A stretch of 64,000 nt of DNA from assembly GCA_033763455.1 (NCBI GenBank), contig JANRKO010000039.1:128001-192000 (forward strand). The letters are read 5' to 3'. The position numbers and the translations under genes are program-made. The stretch is from Polyangiaceae bacterium (GTDB lineage: Bacteria > Myxococcota_A > Polyangia > Polyangiales > Polyangiaceae). The notes under the pieces were generated by a model that saw nothing but the letters and a program-made list of their open reading frames with translations, was not told the DNA's origin and did not search any database. This document shows, in pieces, positions 20,347-29,617 of the stretch; position 1 is the stretch's first letter, and each line of letters opens with the position of its first letter.

Positions 20347-20979
20347 TCAGAGCTCATCGGCATTCACCTCGCGCATCACCTGAGAAACCACGTCGCTGTC
20401 CCTATCCCCGAGCTCCTGCTTGAGTTGGCTGAGCACTTTGCGACGTGCAAAATAGAGACGGGCGCGCGTGGCGGCCTTGCTGGCACCCATCATCCTGGCC
20501 ACTTCTTCCACGGCGTGCCCATAGAGCACCCGCAACACGAAAGCTGTGCACTGTTCCGGAGAGAGGGTATCCAAGATGGAACGGACAATATTCAGCATAT
20601 CGCGCGCTTCGAGCGTCGCTCCAGGCTCCAAGAAGTTCGCCTCTTCCGTCAGACGCTGATGCGCCATCTCTGCACGCTGGCGCCGAGTTTTTCGACGCAG
20701 ATGATCTTTCACCACATTGGCACAGACCCCCCGCACCCAGGTACTCGGCTGAGATTCTTGTGCAAAATGAGCGAGCCCGCGCGTGACGCGGATCATGGCC
20801 TGTTGTTGCAGCTCTTCCAAATCGTCAATCCGCCCAAACGTTAGCTGAATCAATGTTGCACGAATAAACGAGTAATAGTGCAGTAAGAACCGCTCCTGCG
20901 CCTGGAGATCACCTGCTATGGCCTGAGCGGCGAGGCGCGGCTCAATCTCGGAGGTTTTTTCTGGTTGAGTCATGCGCAC
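20347..20979 (-). CDS. ECF RNA polymerase sigma factor
   Basis: Region 2 (STWVRGVCAN...DHLRR) and region 4 (LSPEQ.TAFVL...EVA..MG....TRARL..AR). Confidence 0.9.
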   Translation of the reverse strand: MRMTQPEKTSEIEPRLAAQAIAGDLQAQERFLLHYYSFIRATLIQLTFGRIDDLEELQQQAMIRVTRGLAHFAQESQPSTWVRGVCANVVKDHLRRKTRRQRAEMAHQRLTEEANFLEPGATLEARDMLNIVRSILDTLSPEQCTAFVLRVLYGHAVEEVARMMGASKAATRARLYFARRKVLSQLKQELGDRDSDVVSQVMREVNADEL

Positions 20980-20988
20980 GCTGAGCCC

Positions 20989-22035
20989 TTACAGGTTCAT
21001 GACCCCACCAAGTGCTAAGCGGAGGCGCAGGTGCCCGGTGTCGAGCGCCGTTTCCCGAGCAACCATAACTTTTCCCGCCACTGGGAGTATTTCGACGCCA
21101 GCCTCCCAGCTCAAAGAAAAACGCGGGGACAACCGGTGCTGGTTCCAAAGGCTTGCCCGAAAGAAAGGCGCGAACGTGTTCGCTAAATGGCGCGCATTAC
21201 CCGCCCCATTCACCGCCAACGAGCTCTTTACCCAAGTGGCGCCCGCCTGCCCGCCCCAAAAAATGCTCCAGGCCGCTCCATCCGACAGACGGCCAGGACG
21301 AACGTCTACTCCAAGCCGAGCCGTCTGATTCTCGTACACGCCAAGAGGCGTCGAACGGGAGCTTATCCGCCCCACTTCCAAAACGCCACCCACAAAGTGA
21401 CTCTGCCAGCCGTAACCTGAAACCGCTCCAACGTCCAATTCTAAAATAGCATCTAATGCGGTCAATCCAGCCACATTTGCCATAATTAGGAAGCGCTCAG
21501 GCTCGACTGGAGCACGCTCAGCCTTTTGATTGGTTTGGGCCTTCTGCTCAACGGGCTTGCGCAGCTCTGATGGTGGAGCTTGAGGTGTCGCAGTTGGCAA
21601 GTTACTCGCCGCCGCAGCGATTTCCCCGCGCACCAAGAGGGCTAGATACCTGCCAGCGTCGTCCACCTTGGAGGGCAATTTCTCGGACGTTCGCGCCGCG
21701 CTGTTGTCCGCACGGCGCAGGTCGAAAATATCGATATCAAGATCGATCCCCCCAGGAGCAACATTGAGAAAAACGACCAAATCCGCTGAATGCGCACGTC
21801 GGATCTCAGCGAGCTCTCGCTGGATATCGCGGCGCAGAGGCCGTGCGGTAGCATCAAAATCGCGCAGGTAGATCTGAATAGCTTCTCCAGCCGTTGCGAA
21901 CTTATCGCCGTCGAAGCCGGCTCCGAACAGCACAAGCGCGCGGACTCCCTCTGACTTCGCCGCCACCGAGGGCGACCAGAGCCACGCGGAAACCAAAAGA
22001 CATAGGCTCAGGCCGACGGCGCGTAGGCGGCTCAT
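20989..22035 (-). CDS. Hypothetical exported protein with C-terminal amphipathic beta strands (possible outer-membrane protein)
   Basis: Signal peptide MSRLRAVGLSLCLLVSAW; alternating beta pattern in the C-terminal half; ATGA overlap with the upstream gene. Confidence 0.6.
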   Translation of the reverse strand: MSRLRAVGLSLCLLVSAWLWSPSVAAKSEGVRALVLFGAGFDGDKFATAGEAIQIYLRDFDATARPLRRDIQRELAEIRRAHSADLVVFLNVAPGGIDLDIDIFDLRRADNSAARTSEKLPSKVDDAGRYLALLVRGEIAAAASNLPTATPQAPPSELRKPVEQKAQTNQKAERAPVEPERFLIMANVAGLTALDAILELDVGAVSGYGWQSHFVGGVLEVGRISSRSTPLGVYENQTARLGVDVRPGRLSDGAAWSIFWGGQAGATWVKSSLAVNGAGNARHLANTFAPFFRASLWNQHRLSPRFSLSWEAGVEILPVAGKVMVARETALDTGHLRLRLALGGVMNL

Positions 22036-22652
22036 AGCTCGGCAGCCCACACTTCCACCTCGGAAAAGCTGAGCGTGTGGCGTTCTTGGCTAGTGTCCGT
22101 ATCGTTTGCAAGAGCACACAGAGACGCGTCGACCTGAGGCTGATCCAAGCGGCGTTCGACGCGAATCACACTCCCCTTCACCAAAGCGGGAGCCTCTCGA
22201 AAGAGGTCGATTTCAAAACGCTCGGGGCCACACAGAACATTCGCAGGATTGAGCAATTTCCCACTGTTCGCTTGGTAGTCGAAGACCTTGGCCCCTGAAG
22301 GCCCCTCCAACACTACTACGTTGAGGTCCCGAGCGCGGCCTTGGCAACAATCCTTACGGTTCCAGAGCACTACGCGCCGAATCAACTCGGGACGCGCAAG
22401 GGCGACCTCCCACCATTCAAAAACCTCGCTGTCGCCCGTGGTTGCGCTAAAGGTTGCAGCATTGCCGTCTATCGCCAGCCGAGCATCAAAAGCATTTGAA
22501 CTCTGCGAAGCGACACCACTTCGGGCCACCTCGACGAGCGGCACATCCTCGAGTGCATGCACGGTTTGCGTACACCCGACCGCACCCAAACAAAGTGGCA
22601 GCATCCATCGAACGCCTAGCCGAACCCCTTCAGCCGACCAAGCGTGAACCAT
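22032..22652 (-). CDS. Lipoprotein with F-type lectin / F5-8 type C domain
   Basis: Lipobox AVGC; ASQSS...LAIDGN...WWEVAL...WNRKDCC..R...LSFSEVEVW. Confidence 0.8.
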   Translation of the reverse strand: MVHAWSAEGVRLGVRWMLPLCLGAVGCTQTVHALEDVPLVEVARSGVASQSSNAFDARLAIDGNAATFSATTGDSEVFEWWEVALARPELIRRVVLWNRKDCCQGRARDLNVVVLEGPSGAKVFDYQANSGKLLNPANVLCGPERFEIDLFREAPALVKGSVIRVERRLDQPQVDASLCALANDTDTSQERHTLSFSEVEVWAAEL

Positions 22653-22743
22653 CGCTTCATGAGTTTAGCGGCTCGTTGGGTGCACGCAACGCGAAGAGTT
22701 AGCGAAATCAAGCTCTTGCGCTTGATGCCACAGGCCCGCTCGT

Positions 22744-22776
22744 TGGTTAGTCGCCTGGGTCCGCAGATCGGCTACG
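22744..22776 (-). promoter_or_regulatory. Putative ECF sigma promoter, copy 3
   Basis: Same bipartite motif upstream of the first gene of the lectin-ECF operon. Confidence 0.7.
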
Positions 22777-22874
22777 GTCGAAATGACGATTTGTTAACTT
22801 TAGCGCCCGGCACAGCGAATGGACCTTCTTAGTGGGCTGAATCGCCCGGGCCATCGACGAGCGAACCCCGCCGC

Positions 22875-23612
22875 TCACGTCTCGAACGGCAGCCGTACGG
22901 TGGCGACCGCGCCGCCTTCCGGATGATTCTTGAGCTCCAGCTTTCCGCCGTAGGATTCGACAATTCCACGGCTCACGTAGAGGCCAAGGCCAGCTGCGCC
23001 CTGGGTTTTCCGTGTCGTAAAGAAGGCATCAAACAGGCGTGGTTGCACCTCTTCGCTCAAGCCCGGGCCGTTGTCACACACTTCCAGGTAAATCCAATTC
23101 TTGTCCTGAAACGTCCGCAAGATAACGGTGTTGTCGTCTCGCTTACGTCCGAGGGATTCGCAGGCTTGTGCGGAATTCAACAACAGATTAAGCGTTACCT
23201 GGGCGAGGTGCGCTTCGCAGATCTGAATCGGCCGTGTCTCCAACAATTCGTGCACAATCCGACATACGGGCTGCACCTGGCGCGCGGCTAACCTCACGGT
23301 GAGCAGCACCACATCGTTGATTTGAAGAGCACGCGGCGCTTGACTCGGCGAAAGTACCAAACTGCGAAAATCTCGAAGCGCTCGCGAAACTCTACCAGTA
23401 GCCTGCAAAGCTTCTTGAGCGTGCGGCAAGAGTTCCGCCAGAACAGGATTGGCCGGGGCGAGCTCGCGCATCCGCGCGACCAGGTGATCCAGGCTGTCTG
23501 TCCCGGGCGTCAACTGGTCGGTAGCTTCCACCACGAAGCCTTCCCCTAAAAGGCCCACCTTGGTGATCTGATCGGCGCGCATTCTGCGAGAAAAAGTAGG
23601 GTCTTTGAGCAC
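22875..23612 (-). CDS. Histidine-kinase-like ATPase lacking a sensor domain and the H-box His
   Basis: QV.LNLLLNS, DNGPG, LFDAFFTT, GLGL; H-box position reads GFVVEATDQ; GTG start with AAGGAG. Confidence 0.75.
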   Translation of the reverse strand: MLKDPTFSRRMRADQITKVGLLGEGFVVEATDQLTPGTDSLDHLVARMRELAPANPVLAELLPHAQEALQATGRVSRALRDFRSLVLSPSQAPRALQINDVVLLTVRLAARQVQPVCRIVHELLETRPIQICEAHLAQVTLNLLLNSAQACESLGRKRDDNTVILRTFQDKNWIYLEVCDNGPGLSEEVQPRLFDAFFTTRKTQGAAGLGLYVSRGIVESYGGKLELKNHPEGGAVATVRLPFET

Positions 23613-23713
23613 GGATTCTCCTTCCGCAGCCCAATACCACAGCGGTTGCAGCATGTCGCGCCGCAACCTTGCCTGCACCAGGCTAAAGCCAACCCTACAG
23701 CACTTCCGCCGCT

Positions 23714-23729
23714 GACACACGCCGGAAAC
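23714..23729 (+). promoter_or_regulatory. GACAC-N6-GAAAC box
   Basis: Nearly identical, including the following CAAACCTCA, to the site upstream of ureD. Confidence 0.5.
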
Positions 23730-24021
23730 CAAACCTCACCCATAGCGGCACTCGCGACAAGACGATCCACATCTTGGCCTTGGCAATGCGCGCCAGGAGT
23801 TAACGAGCGTAGGGCGTGAGTGTTTAGGCCGCATCTTATCGCAACTGCGCAGCGCAGGCACGACGCCTAATCAGCGGACAGCCACTGGCTAACTTGCACA
23901 CTCTGGTTTCACCTGCGGGAACACTCGCCCGAGCTAGTTAAAGTGGAAGCAAGCGGAGCTTTTCAACCAGCTCTCGGGGACTCACGAAAGTCACGGAAAG
24001 TGCATCCGTCCGCATCGAATA

Positions 24022-27000
24022 TCAAACGGCCTCCTCAGGGACCTCGGGAACACTGGGCGAGACGGGTTCCGGCAAGGGTTCCGGCAAGGGTTCCGGCAAG
24101 GGTGGCGTCAACAGCACCAGCCAACCCCAGCGCAGCCAACCGAGGAGACGCGAGGCCAACCAAAGCGACCACACGAGCATGAGTCCGCGCCACACCCAAA
24201 TCGAAGTTCCGACTACCATCGGCGTTGGGAGCGAAGCGGGCGACCGATCCGTGTACCAAACCAGGCGTGCCGCTGTGCTTCCTGCTCCCTCGACCTGCAT
24301 ATCCGGCACCACAACGAGCCCCGAATACACAGCTGTGCCGAGCGTTCCCAGCATCACCAGAGTCGCTATCACCAAACCCATAATAATGAGGCGACGCCAC
24401 CAGCGAGCACGGAGACCCACTCGTTCGAACCAAGCGAACGCGAAAAACCAAGCCGGAACAAGCACTGCCAGGGGGGCGGGAATTTGAGTCAGCCCGAGAG
24501 CGAGTCCCAACCATTCAAGACGACGGAGCCTTGAGCCTGGAAGGTGTCCCAGGACAAACGCGGCTAAGCACACAACGGCGAGATAACCCCAAAACAAGAC
24601 CGAAGGTCCGAAATCAGGACCCGCAAGGGCCAGCAACCACCGCTCCTGGTTGGGCTCTGCGATCACCACGACGTTGGCCGCGCCGCCTTCGAGCACTACC
24701 TCGGACGCTTGCCAGAACGTGCTGATCCCTTGCGGCTCTTGCCACGCGAGCCGCACCTCCGAAAGACCGGGACTGAGCCCGATCGCGACAGCTCCGCCCT
24801 CAAGGCGCGAAGCACGTGCTTCGCCAGCCACCGTAAGTTCCTGCAAGACCGCCCCCTTCGGCAATGTAACCCGCTGGGTTCCACCCGAACTTGAACGGAC
24901 CTGAAACGTCAGGCTGGAACGCGTGAGCCGTTCACCTGGAGTGATGGTCAGTGTTGCGCCTTCGATCGTTTTGGAGGTGCCCGGCACTGGCAACGGACGG
25001 GACACGGCAATCTCGATCTTTTCGCCCGCAAAGGGGCGCCATAGCGGCCGCCAACGCTGCTCAAGATCATGTCGCACAGGAGCCAAGCCGGTGGCCTTGC
25101 AGTGCCAAACAAAGCCACAGTCGAGACTCCACACTTCGGCGTAGTTCGTGCCGACGGCAGCGCTCAACAACAGGCGATCCCGCGGTTCGAGAGTGCTGGT
25201 CCAAACGAGCTCGGTTTGCCCACGAGGCAATGAAGCGAGCACGCTTCCGCCTTCCACCGGTACATCGGCAACAGTGACGCGTTCGCCGAGCAAAAGCGGG
25301 ACTCGCACCAAAACTGGCAAATCAGTGGACGTTTCGCGCACCAGACGAGACCGGACGACCCAGCTAACACCGAGCTCGACCTCGCGTGTGAGCGTGAGCC
25401 ACGGGGGCAAACTTGGAGTGCCTGCTTCACTTCCGGCCGCTGCACTCGTCCCCCGGTCGCGGCGTGTAAACGTGACGGCGCCTTCGAGTCGTCCATCCCG
25501 ACCCACCCCGCTCACATCCCACCCTGGTGCCGTGACGACCACGCGTTGCGGCTTGTCGGCAAGCTCCAGCGCTAGATCGTTTACAAGCAACGGACCCTTC
25601 ATCACGACCTGTTGTCGACCCGCAGGGATACGGGCGACCAGCACACCACCCTCGAGCGCCACAGGGGCATGCGCATCGCTCCCGAGCGCTACATTTTCCG
25701 GCACCCAAGCCACGACGGGGCCAGGCAACCTGAGCCGAGTTGCAGCGCCGGCATGCACATCGAGAACTATTGTGAGCGTCGAACCTGTGATCTTCACCTC
25801 GGCACGGGACACGGAAAGGCAGTTGGTGCAGGCGGGCGACAAAGTAAGGCGGCGCGCCAGCTCTGACAGCCGTTCATCGGTGACCTCAGCAGCTGGGCTT
25901 TTACTGCTTTCCGCATTCGCGTGCGTCGAGTAGCCGAGCACGGCGAGCATGGCCCCGATCAGGATCGATGTAATGAGGACCTGAGACGGCGATTCTGGTG
26001 GCGGAGTGCCCGGACGCTGCTCCGTATTCCCCGTTGAGCGGGACCTCCACCAGGCAAGCTTGGCCAAAAGGAGCCCAAACCCAACAACACCTAACACTCG
26101 CAGTACTTCGAGGAGTCTCACGCACCAGGGGGGCAAAAGCCAGAGCCTGAATTGATGCTCACGCGCAACGGGACCGTTCCAGATGAGGCTCTCGGTGTTC
26201 CAAGACCAATGCGGCACGCCGGGGCCCGTCTGCACCACAGCTTTTGGATCTTGGGCGAGGTTTTGGTACGAGTACCCAGCTTTGGATTTCGAAGCCCAAC
26301 GCGAGGAAACATTATCCGCTTGGCCCTTCGGAGGCTCCGGCGCTGCATCCGCGGCGACCTCCTTTTCGTCGGCTTGCTCGAGCGGTGCCACAGCTTGCGG
26401 AACCGGTGCGCGCTTCTCCCGGGCTCCCCCGAGAGTTGACCACGAACTCGCACCCTCGCTGCTATTTCCGCCGTTGACGAGCAGTGGATGCACGGCGGCG
26501 CGCAAATGGGTCGCCGCGAAGGGTACTGCCAGAACCACCCACGCACCTGCAACCACGAGCGATACCGCGATCAGCAGCGGACGCAAAAACGGGGGCACCG
26601 TTGCCTTGCGAAGCGCGACCACCACCAAGAGGGCAGCCCAAATCCAAAACGGGGCGTCACTCTCGCCATGAGCGGCGACAAGAGTCGTAAAGCCAAGCAG
26701 CGCGAGCCCACGGCCGCCGAGCTTGAGCGCAGCGAGAGTCACCAACAAAAGATAGAAAATTGCAAAAAGGTCCCAGCTTGAGAGCCAGGAGCTCGGTGCG
26801 GAATCCACGCCACTTGCCCCAAAAAAGAGCCAGCCTGGCGGGAGGTGCAAGGAAGCGCTCAGGCTTTGCACGTCTTCGCTCCAGCCGTTAGCCGGAAGCT
26901 TTATCGCACGCGGCAAGCGAAATTCTGCTTCGAGATTCAGAATCGAATTGCGCAATTCAACTCCGCCTGGCCCGGCTGACACGAGCGATGTCACGAGCTC

Positions 27001-28221
27001 GGGGTTGCCATCCACGCGGATTGTCCCCGGCAACTGGGCTCGAAGCTCCAGCCGATGCTCGCGCTTCACGCTCCCGGAGAGCACGTCCTTAACCGTGTAC
27101 CCGTGTCCGTCAAAGTCTAACCACAGGTCTCGTACGAGGTTGATTTGGTTGGGTGGCGGCTCCGCGTTACCTCGACGTAAGGTAGAAAACGTGAGCGCGT
27201 CGTTAGCTCGCAACTCAAACGCAGCGAGATTTTTCCAGCTTTCGTCAAGCCCCGTGCGCGCTGGGTCAATTTCCCGGGCGCCCACGATGGCCACTTCTCT
27301 GAGTTCGGAAGAGGGCGCCCAAACCCATATTTCGGTGGCTGGCCACGGCTCCGGGCGGGGCTGCAGGAGGATGCGCTCCGGGGCACCTTCTGCTCGCGCC
27401 TGCACCTCGACCGTGTGCGTTCCGGCGCGGAGTTGCACCACTAGTTCACCGGACGTTTCGAGCCGCGCAGGCAATTCAGAAGTCAACGCAAGCGGAACCG
27501 TCTTTGGCAACAAAACGTTCCCGAGCGGCGCCTCACGCGCTCGCCCCGAAGCTCGCAGCACCAGGCGTGTCGTGATACGCAGGGGAACTCCGTCGTCGAT
27601 GCGACGGAATACTTCCATTGAGAGTGAGTCTGTAGCGGCCCCCTCTGAGGCAGCGCTCGCTCCAAGCCACAAGCGCCCGTCACCTTCGCGTCGCGGAGCT
27701 AGCACCCGCTTACCTTCCACCGTGAGTGCCACAACACCGGTTCGCGCGCCGATAGCCAGCGTTTCCGGCATCTCATTCCAGGAGAATTCGCCCTCGATGC
27801 GATGATTGCCAGGAGTGAGCCAAGTGGTTGGTTCGCCCCCCTCCGCCAACACCACCACATCCTTGCCATCCAACTTAACGGCTTCAGGCCAAACGCCGTC
27901 GGCTCCAGGCAGCGTCACAGGCGCCAAAGCATCGGTGCGAACGTAGAGCACAAACCGTCCTTGTTTGGCGCCCACTTCAAGCTCCAAGAACCCAGGCCAG
28001 ACGCAGCTCCGTTCCTGATCAGAACCCAGGACGCACTCTCTCTCCCCCTGATCCCAGAGCACCCACGGGACCCAATCCCGAAGCTCGGGTGGCACCTCTG
28101 CCAGGCTGAGGGGTCTCTTCTCAACGCCTGTGTCGGCGTGGCTGAACGGGGCAAACACGAGCGTGGCGAGCGCAACGACAATGCCCAAAGCAAACCTTAA
28201 CATCCCAAACATGACACCCAT
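24022..28221 (-). CDS. Large integral membrane protein of unknown function with two similar halves
   Basis: 1399 aa ORF; signal peptide, soluble beta-rich domain, TM bundle, then a second such unit; PLPE repeat at the C-terminus. Confidence 0.75.
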   Translation of the reverse strand: MGVMFGMLRFALGIVVALATLVFAPFSHADTGVEKRPLSLAEVPPELRDWVPWVLWDQGERECVLGSDQERSCVWPGFLELEVGAKQGRFVLYVRTDALAPVTLPGADGVWPEAVKLDGKDVVVLAEGGEPTTWLTPGNHRIEGEFSWNEMPETLAIGARTGVVALTVEGKRVLAPRREGDGRLWLGASAASEGAATDSLSMEVFRRIDDGVPLRITTRLVLRASGRAREAPLGNVLLPKTVPLALTSELPARLETSGELVVQLRAGTHTVEVQARAEGAPERILLQPRPEPWPATEIWVWAPSSELREVAIVGAREIDPARTGLDESWKNLAAFELRANDALTFSTLRRGNAEPPPNQINLVRDLWLDFDGHGYTVKDVLSGSVKREHRLELRAQLPGTIRVDGNPELVTSLVSAGPGGVELRNSILNLEAEFRLPRAIKLPANGWSEDVQSLSASLHLPPGWLFFGASGVDSAPSSWLSSWDLFAIFYLLLVTLAALKLGGRGLALLGFTTLVAAHGESDAPFWIWAALLVVVALRKATVPPFLRPLLIAVSLVVAGAWVVLAVPFAATHLRAAVHPLLVNGGNSSEGASSWSTLGGAREKRAPVPQAVAPLEQADEKEVAADAAPEPPKGQADNVSSRWASKSKAGYSYQNLAQDPKAVVQTGPGVPHWSWNTESLIWNGPVAREHQFRLWLLPPWCVRLLEVLRVLGVVGFGLLLAKLAWWRSRSTGNTEQRPGTPPPESPSQVLITSILIGAMLAVLGYSTHANAESSKSPAAEVTDERLSELARRLTLSPACTNCLSVSRAEVKITGSTLTIVLDVHAGAATRLRLPGPVVAWVPENVALGSDAHAPVALEGGVLVARIPAGRQQVVMKGPLLVNDLALELADKPQRVVVTAPGWDVSGVGRDGRLEGAVTFTRRDRGTSAAAGSEAGTPSLPPWLTLTREVELGVSWVVRSRLVRETSTDLPVLVRVPLLLGERVTVADVPVEGGSVLASLPRGQTELVWTSTLEPRDRLLLSAAVGTNYAEVWSLDCGFVWHCKATGLAPVRHDLEQRWRPLWRPFAGEKIEIAVSRPLPVPGTSKTIEGATLTITPGERLTRSSLTFQVRSSSGGTQRVTLPKGAVLQELTVAGEARASRLEGGAVAIGLSPGLSEVRLAWQEPQGISTFWQASEVVLEGGAANVVVIAEPNQERWLLALAGPDFGPSVLFWGYLAVVCLAAFVLGHLPGSRLRRLEWLGLALGLTQIPAPLAVLVPAWFFAFAWFERVGLRARWWRRLIIMGLVIATLVMLGTLGTAVYSGLVVVPDMQVEGAGSTAARLVWYTDRSPASLPTPMVVGTSIWVWRGLMLVWSLWLASRLLGWLRWGWLVLLTPPLPEPLPEPLPEPVSPSVPEVPEEAV

Positions 28222-28277
28222 GCTCGCCTGGGATTGGGTTCAGTGCTACCGGCAAGCCCAGCCCGTCGATTCGTGAC

Positions 28278-28763
28278 TTGATCCCCCAACGACCGAGCTT
28301 TCCCCCAGCCAGATTTGCGTTTAGGCTGGGCAAACTCGTGCGCTGGGCTCGCTTCCTCTCTTCACCGTTGCTTCCGGATCTTGGTCTGCTGACGATTCGA
28401 TTGTGGTTCGGACTCGCGCTCGCCTTTGGACACGGCTTGAGCAAGGTGCTCGACGTCGGTGGGTTTGCCGCGGGTGTTGGTCGCCGTGGGATCCCATTGC
28501 CGGAGATTTTGGGACCCGCCGCGGCGGCTAGCGAATTGCTCGGGGGTCTGTTGCTGGCAATTGGACTCTTTGCGCGCCCGTCAGCATTTTTCGTAGTGGT
28601 TACCATGTTGGTCGCGGCACTGTTTGTTCACGCTGGCGATCCATTCGCCAAAAAAGAGCTCGCCCTTTGCTATGCGATGGCAGCGCTTGCTCTCCTCCTG
28701 AGCGGTGCTGGCCGCTTCAGTGTCGACGCGTGGTGGAGCAACAAGCGCGCGAGCGCCGATTGA
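28278..28763 (+). CDS. DoxX family membrane protein
   Basis: HGLSK, ELLGGLLLAIGLFAR, GAGRFSVD; true start may be downstream. Confidence 0.85.
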   Translation: MIPQRPSFPPARFAFRLGKLVRWARFLSSPLLPDLGLLTIRLWFGLALAFGHGLSKVLDVGGFAAGVGRRGIPLPEILGPAAAASELLGGLLLAIGLFARPSAFFVVVTMLVAALFVHAGDPFAKKELALCYAMAALALLLSGAGRFSVDAWWSNKRASAD

Positions 28764-28791
28764 ACATTTTCTAAGGAGCGCTTCAGCCTAG

Positions 28792-29574
28792 CTAACGCTG
28801 TAACAGTTGCTGAAAAGTGCCCTTATGGAGCATCGCGAAGACGTCCATGCTCCAGGCTATGCCGCAGTGCACGAAGACGCCGCCGTAGATAGAGCGTGTT
28901 CGCAGAGCAATCGTGCCGAGGGCGGTCCCCGCGATGATGGATCCGAAACACTCCGCAGCCGGTTTTCCGAAATGGATCATGGCGTACGGCACCACCATCA
29001 CGAAGATCGCAAGCGAGCCGATATAGCGAGCCAGTGCAAACAGTGCGAAGCCGCGGAAGAAGAATTCTAGCAAGAAGAACTGAAGGCCATAGGCCGCCTC
29101 CCACACAAAGAAGACACCCCAAGATTCGCCAGCGCCGGCAAACTTTGGGTAGGTCTTGAGGAATGCGGGCGTAGACGAGACCAAATATGCGAGCGGCAGC
29201 ACCACGAGGAACATGGCGAGATACAGGCCCCAAATTCGGGCGCTGTGTCTCAGAGTCAACCCAAAATCAACTACATTTTCCCTAAGCACTAACTTGATAC
29301 ACACCACGGGAATCAGCAGATAGTTAACAACTTTGAAGAGTGCCCAGTAGAGGCTCGGGTAGAGTTCAGGCGTGGGCAGCCTTTGAAGAAAATCTTGTAC
29401 GCCCGGGAGGTTGGCGACACTGGTAGGCTTACCCCAGAAGTGTGCAACTACCAGAGAAATGGCGACTGCTATTAGCACTGCGACAGGCTTGAGGCTCGGC
29501 AGCGATTCCTTCCGGTGTTCGCGGTCCACCAACGCCCATTGGTCAACCGTTAATCGTTTTAGCAAACTCAACAT
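28792..29574 (-). CDS. CPBP (Abi/CAAX) intramembrane metalloprotease
   Basis: LEFFFRG, YAMIH, HCGIAW motifs; many TM segments. Confidence 0.85.
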   Translation of the reverse strand: MLSLLKRLTVDQWALVDREHRKESLPSLKPVAVLIAVAISLVVAHFWGKPTSVANLPGVQDFLQRLPTPELYPSLYWALFKVVNYLLIPVVCIKLVLRENVVDFGLTLRHSARIWGLYLAMFLVVLPLAYLVSSTPAFLKTYPKFAGAGESWGVFFVWEAAYGLQFFLLEFFFRGFALFALARYIGSLAIFVMVVPYAMIHFGKPAAECFGSIIAGTALGTIALRTRSIYGGVFVHCGIAWSMDVFAMLHKGTFQQLLQR

Positions 29575-29617
29575 CTGTGCGTTCTGTGATGCCAAAGTTG
29601 GCCCACAAAAACAAACA

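Noticed and set aside
24066..24102. 12-bp tandem repeat; also repeats near 33950-34090 and 59610-59800
   Set aside because: Explained by low-complexity protein linkers (PLPE, PAPTAT, PPGM).
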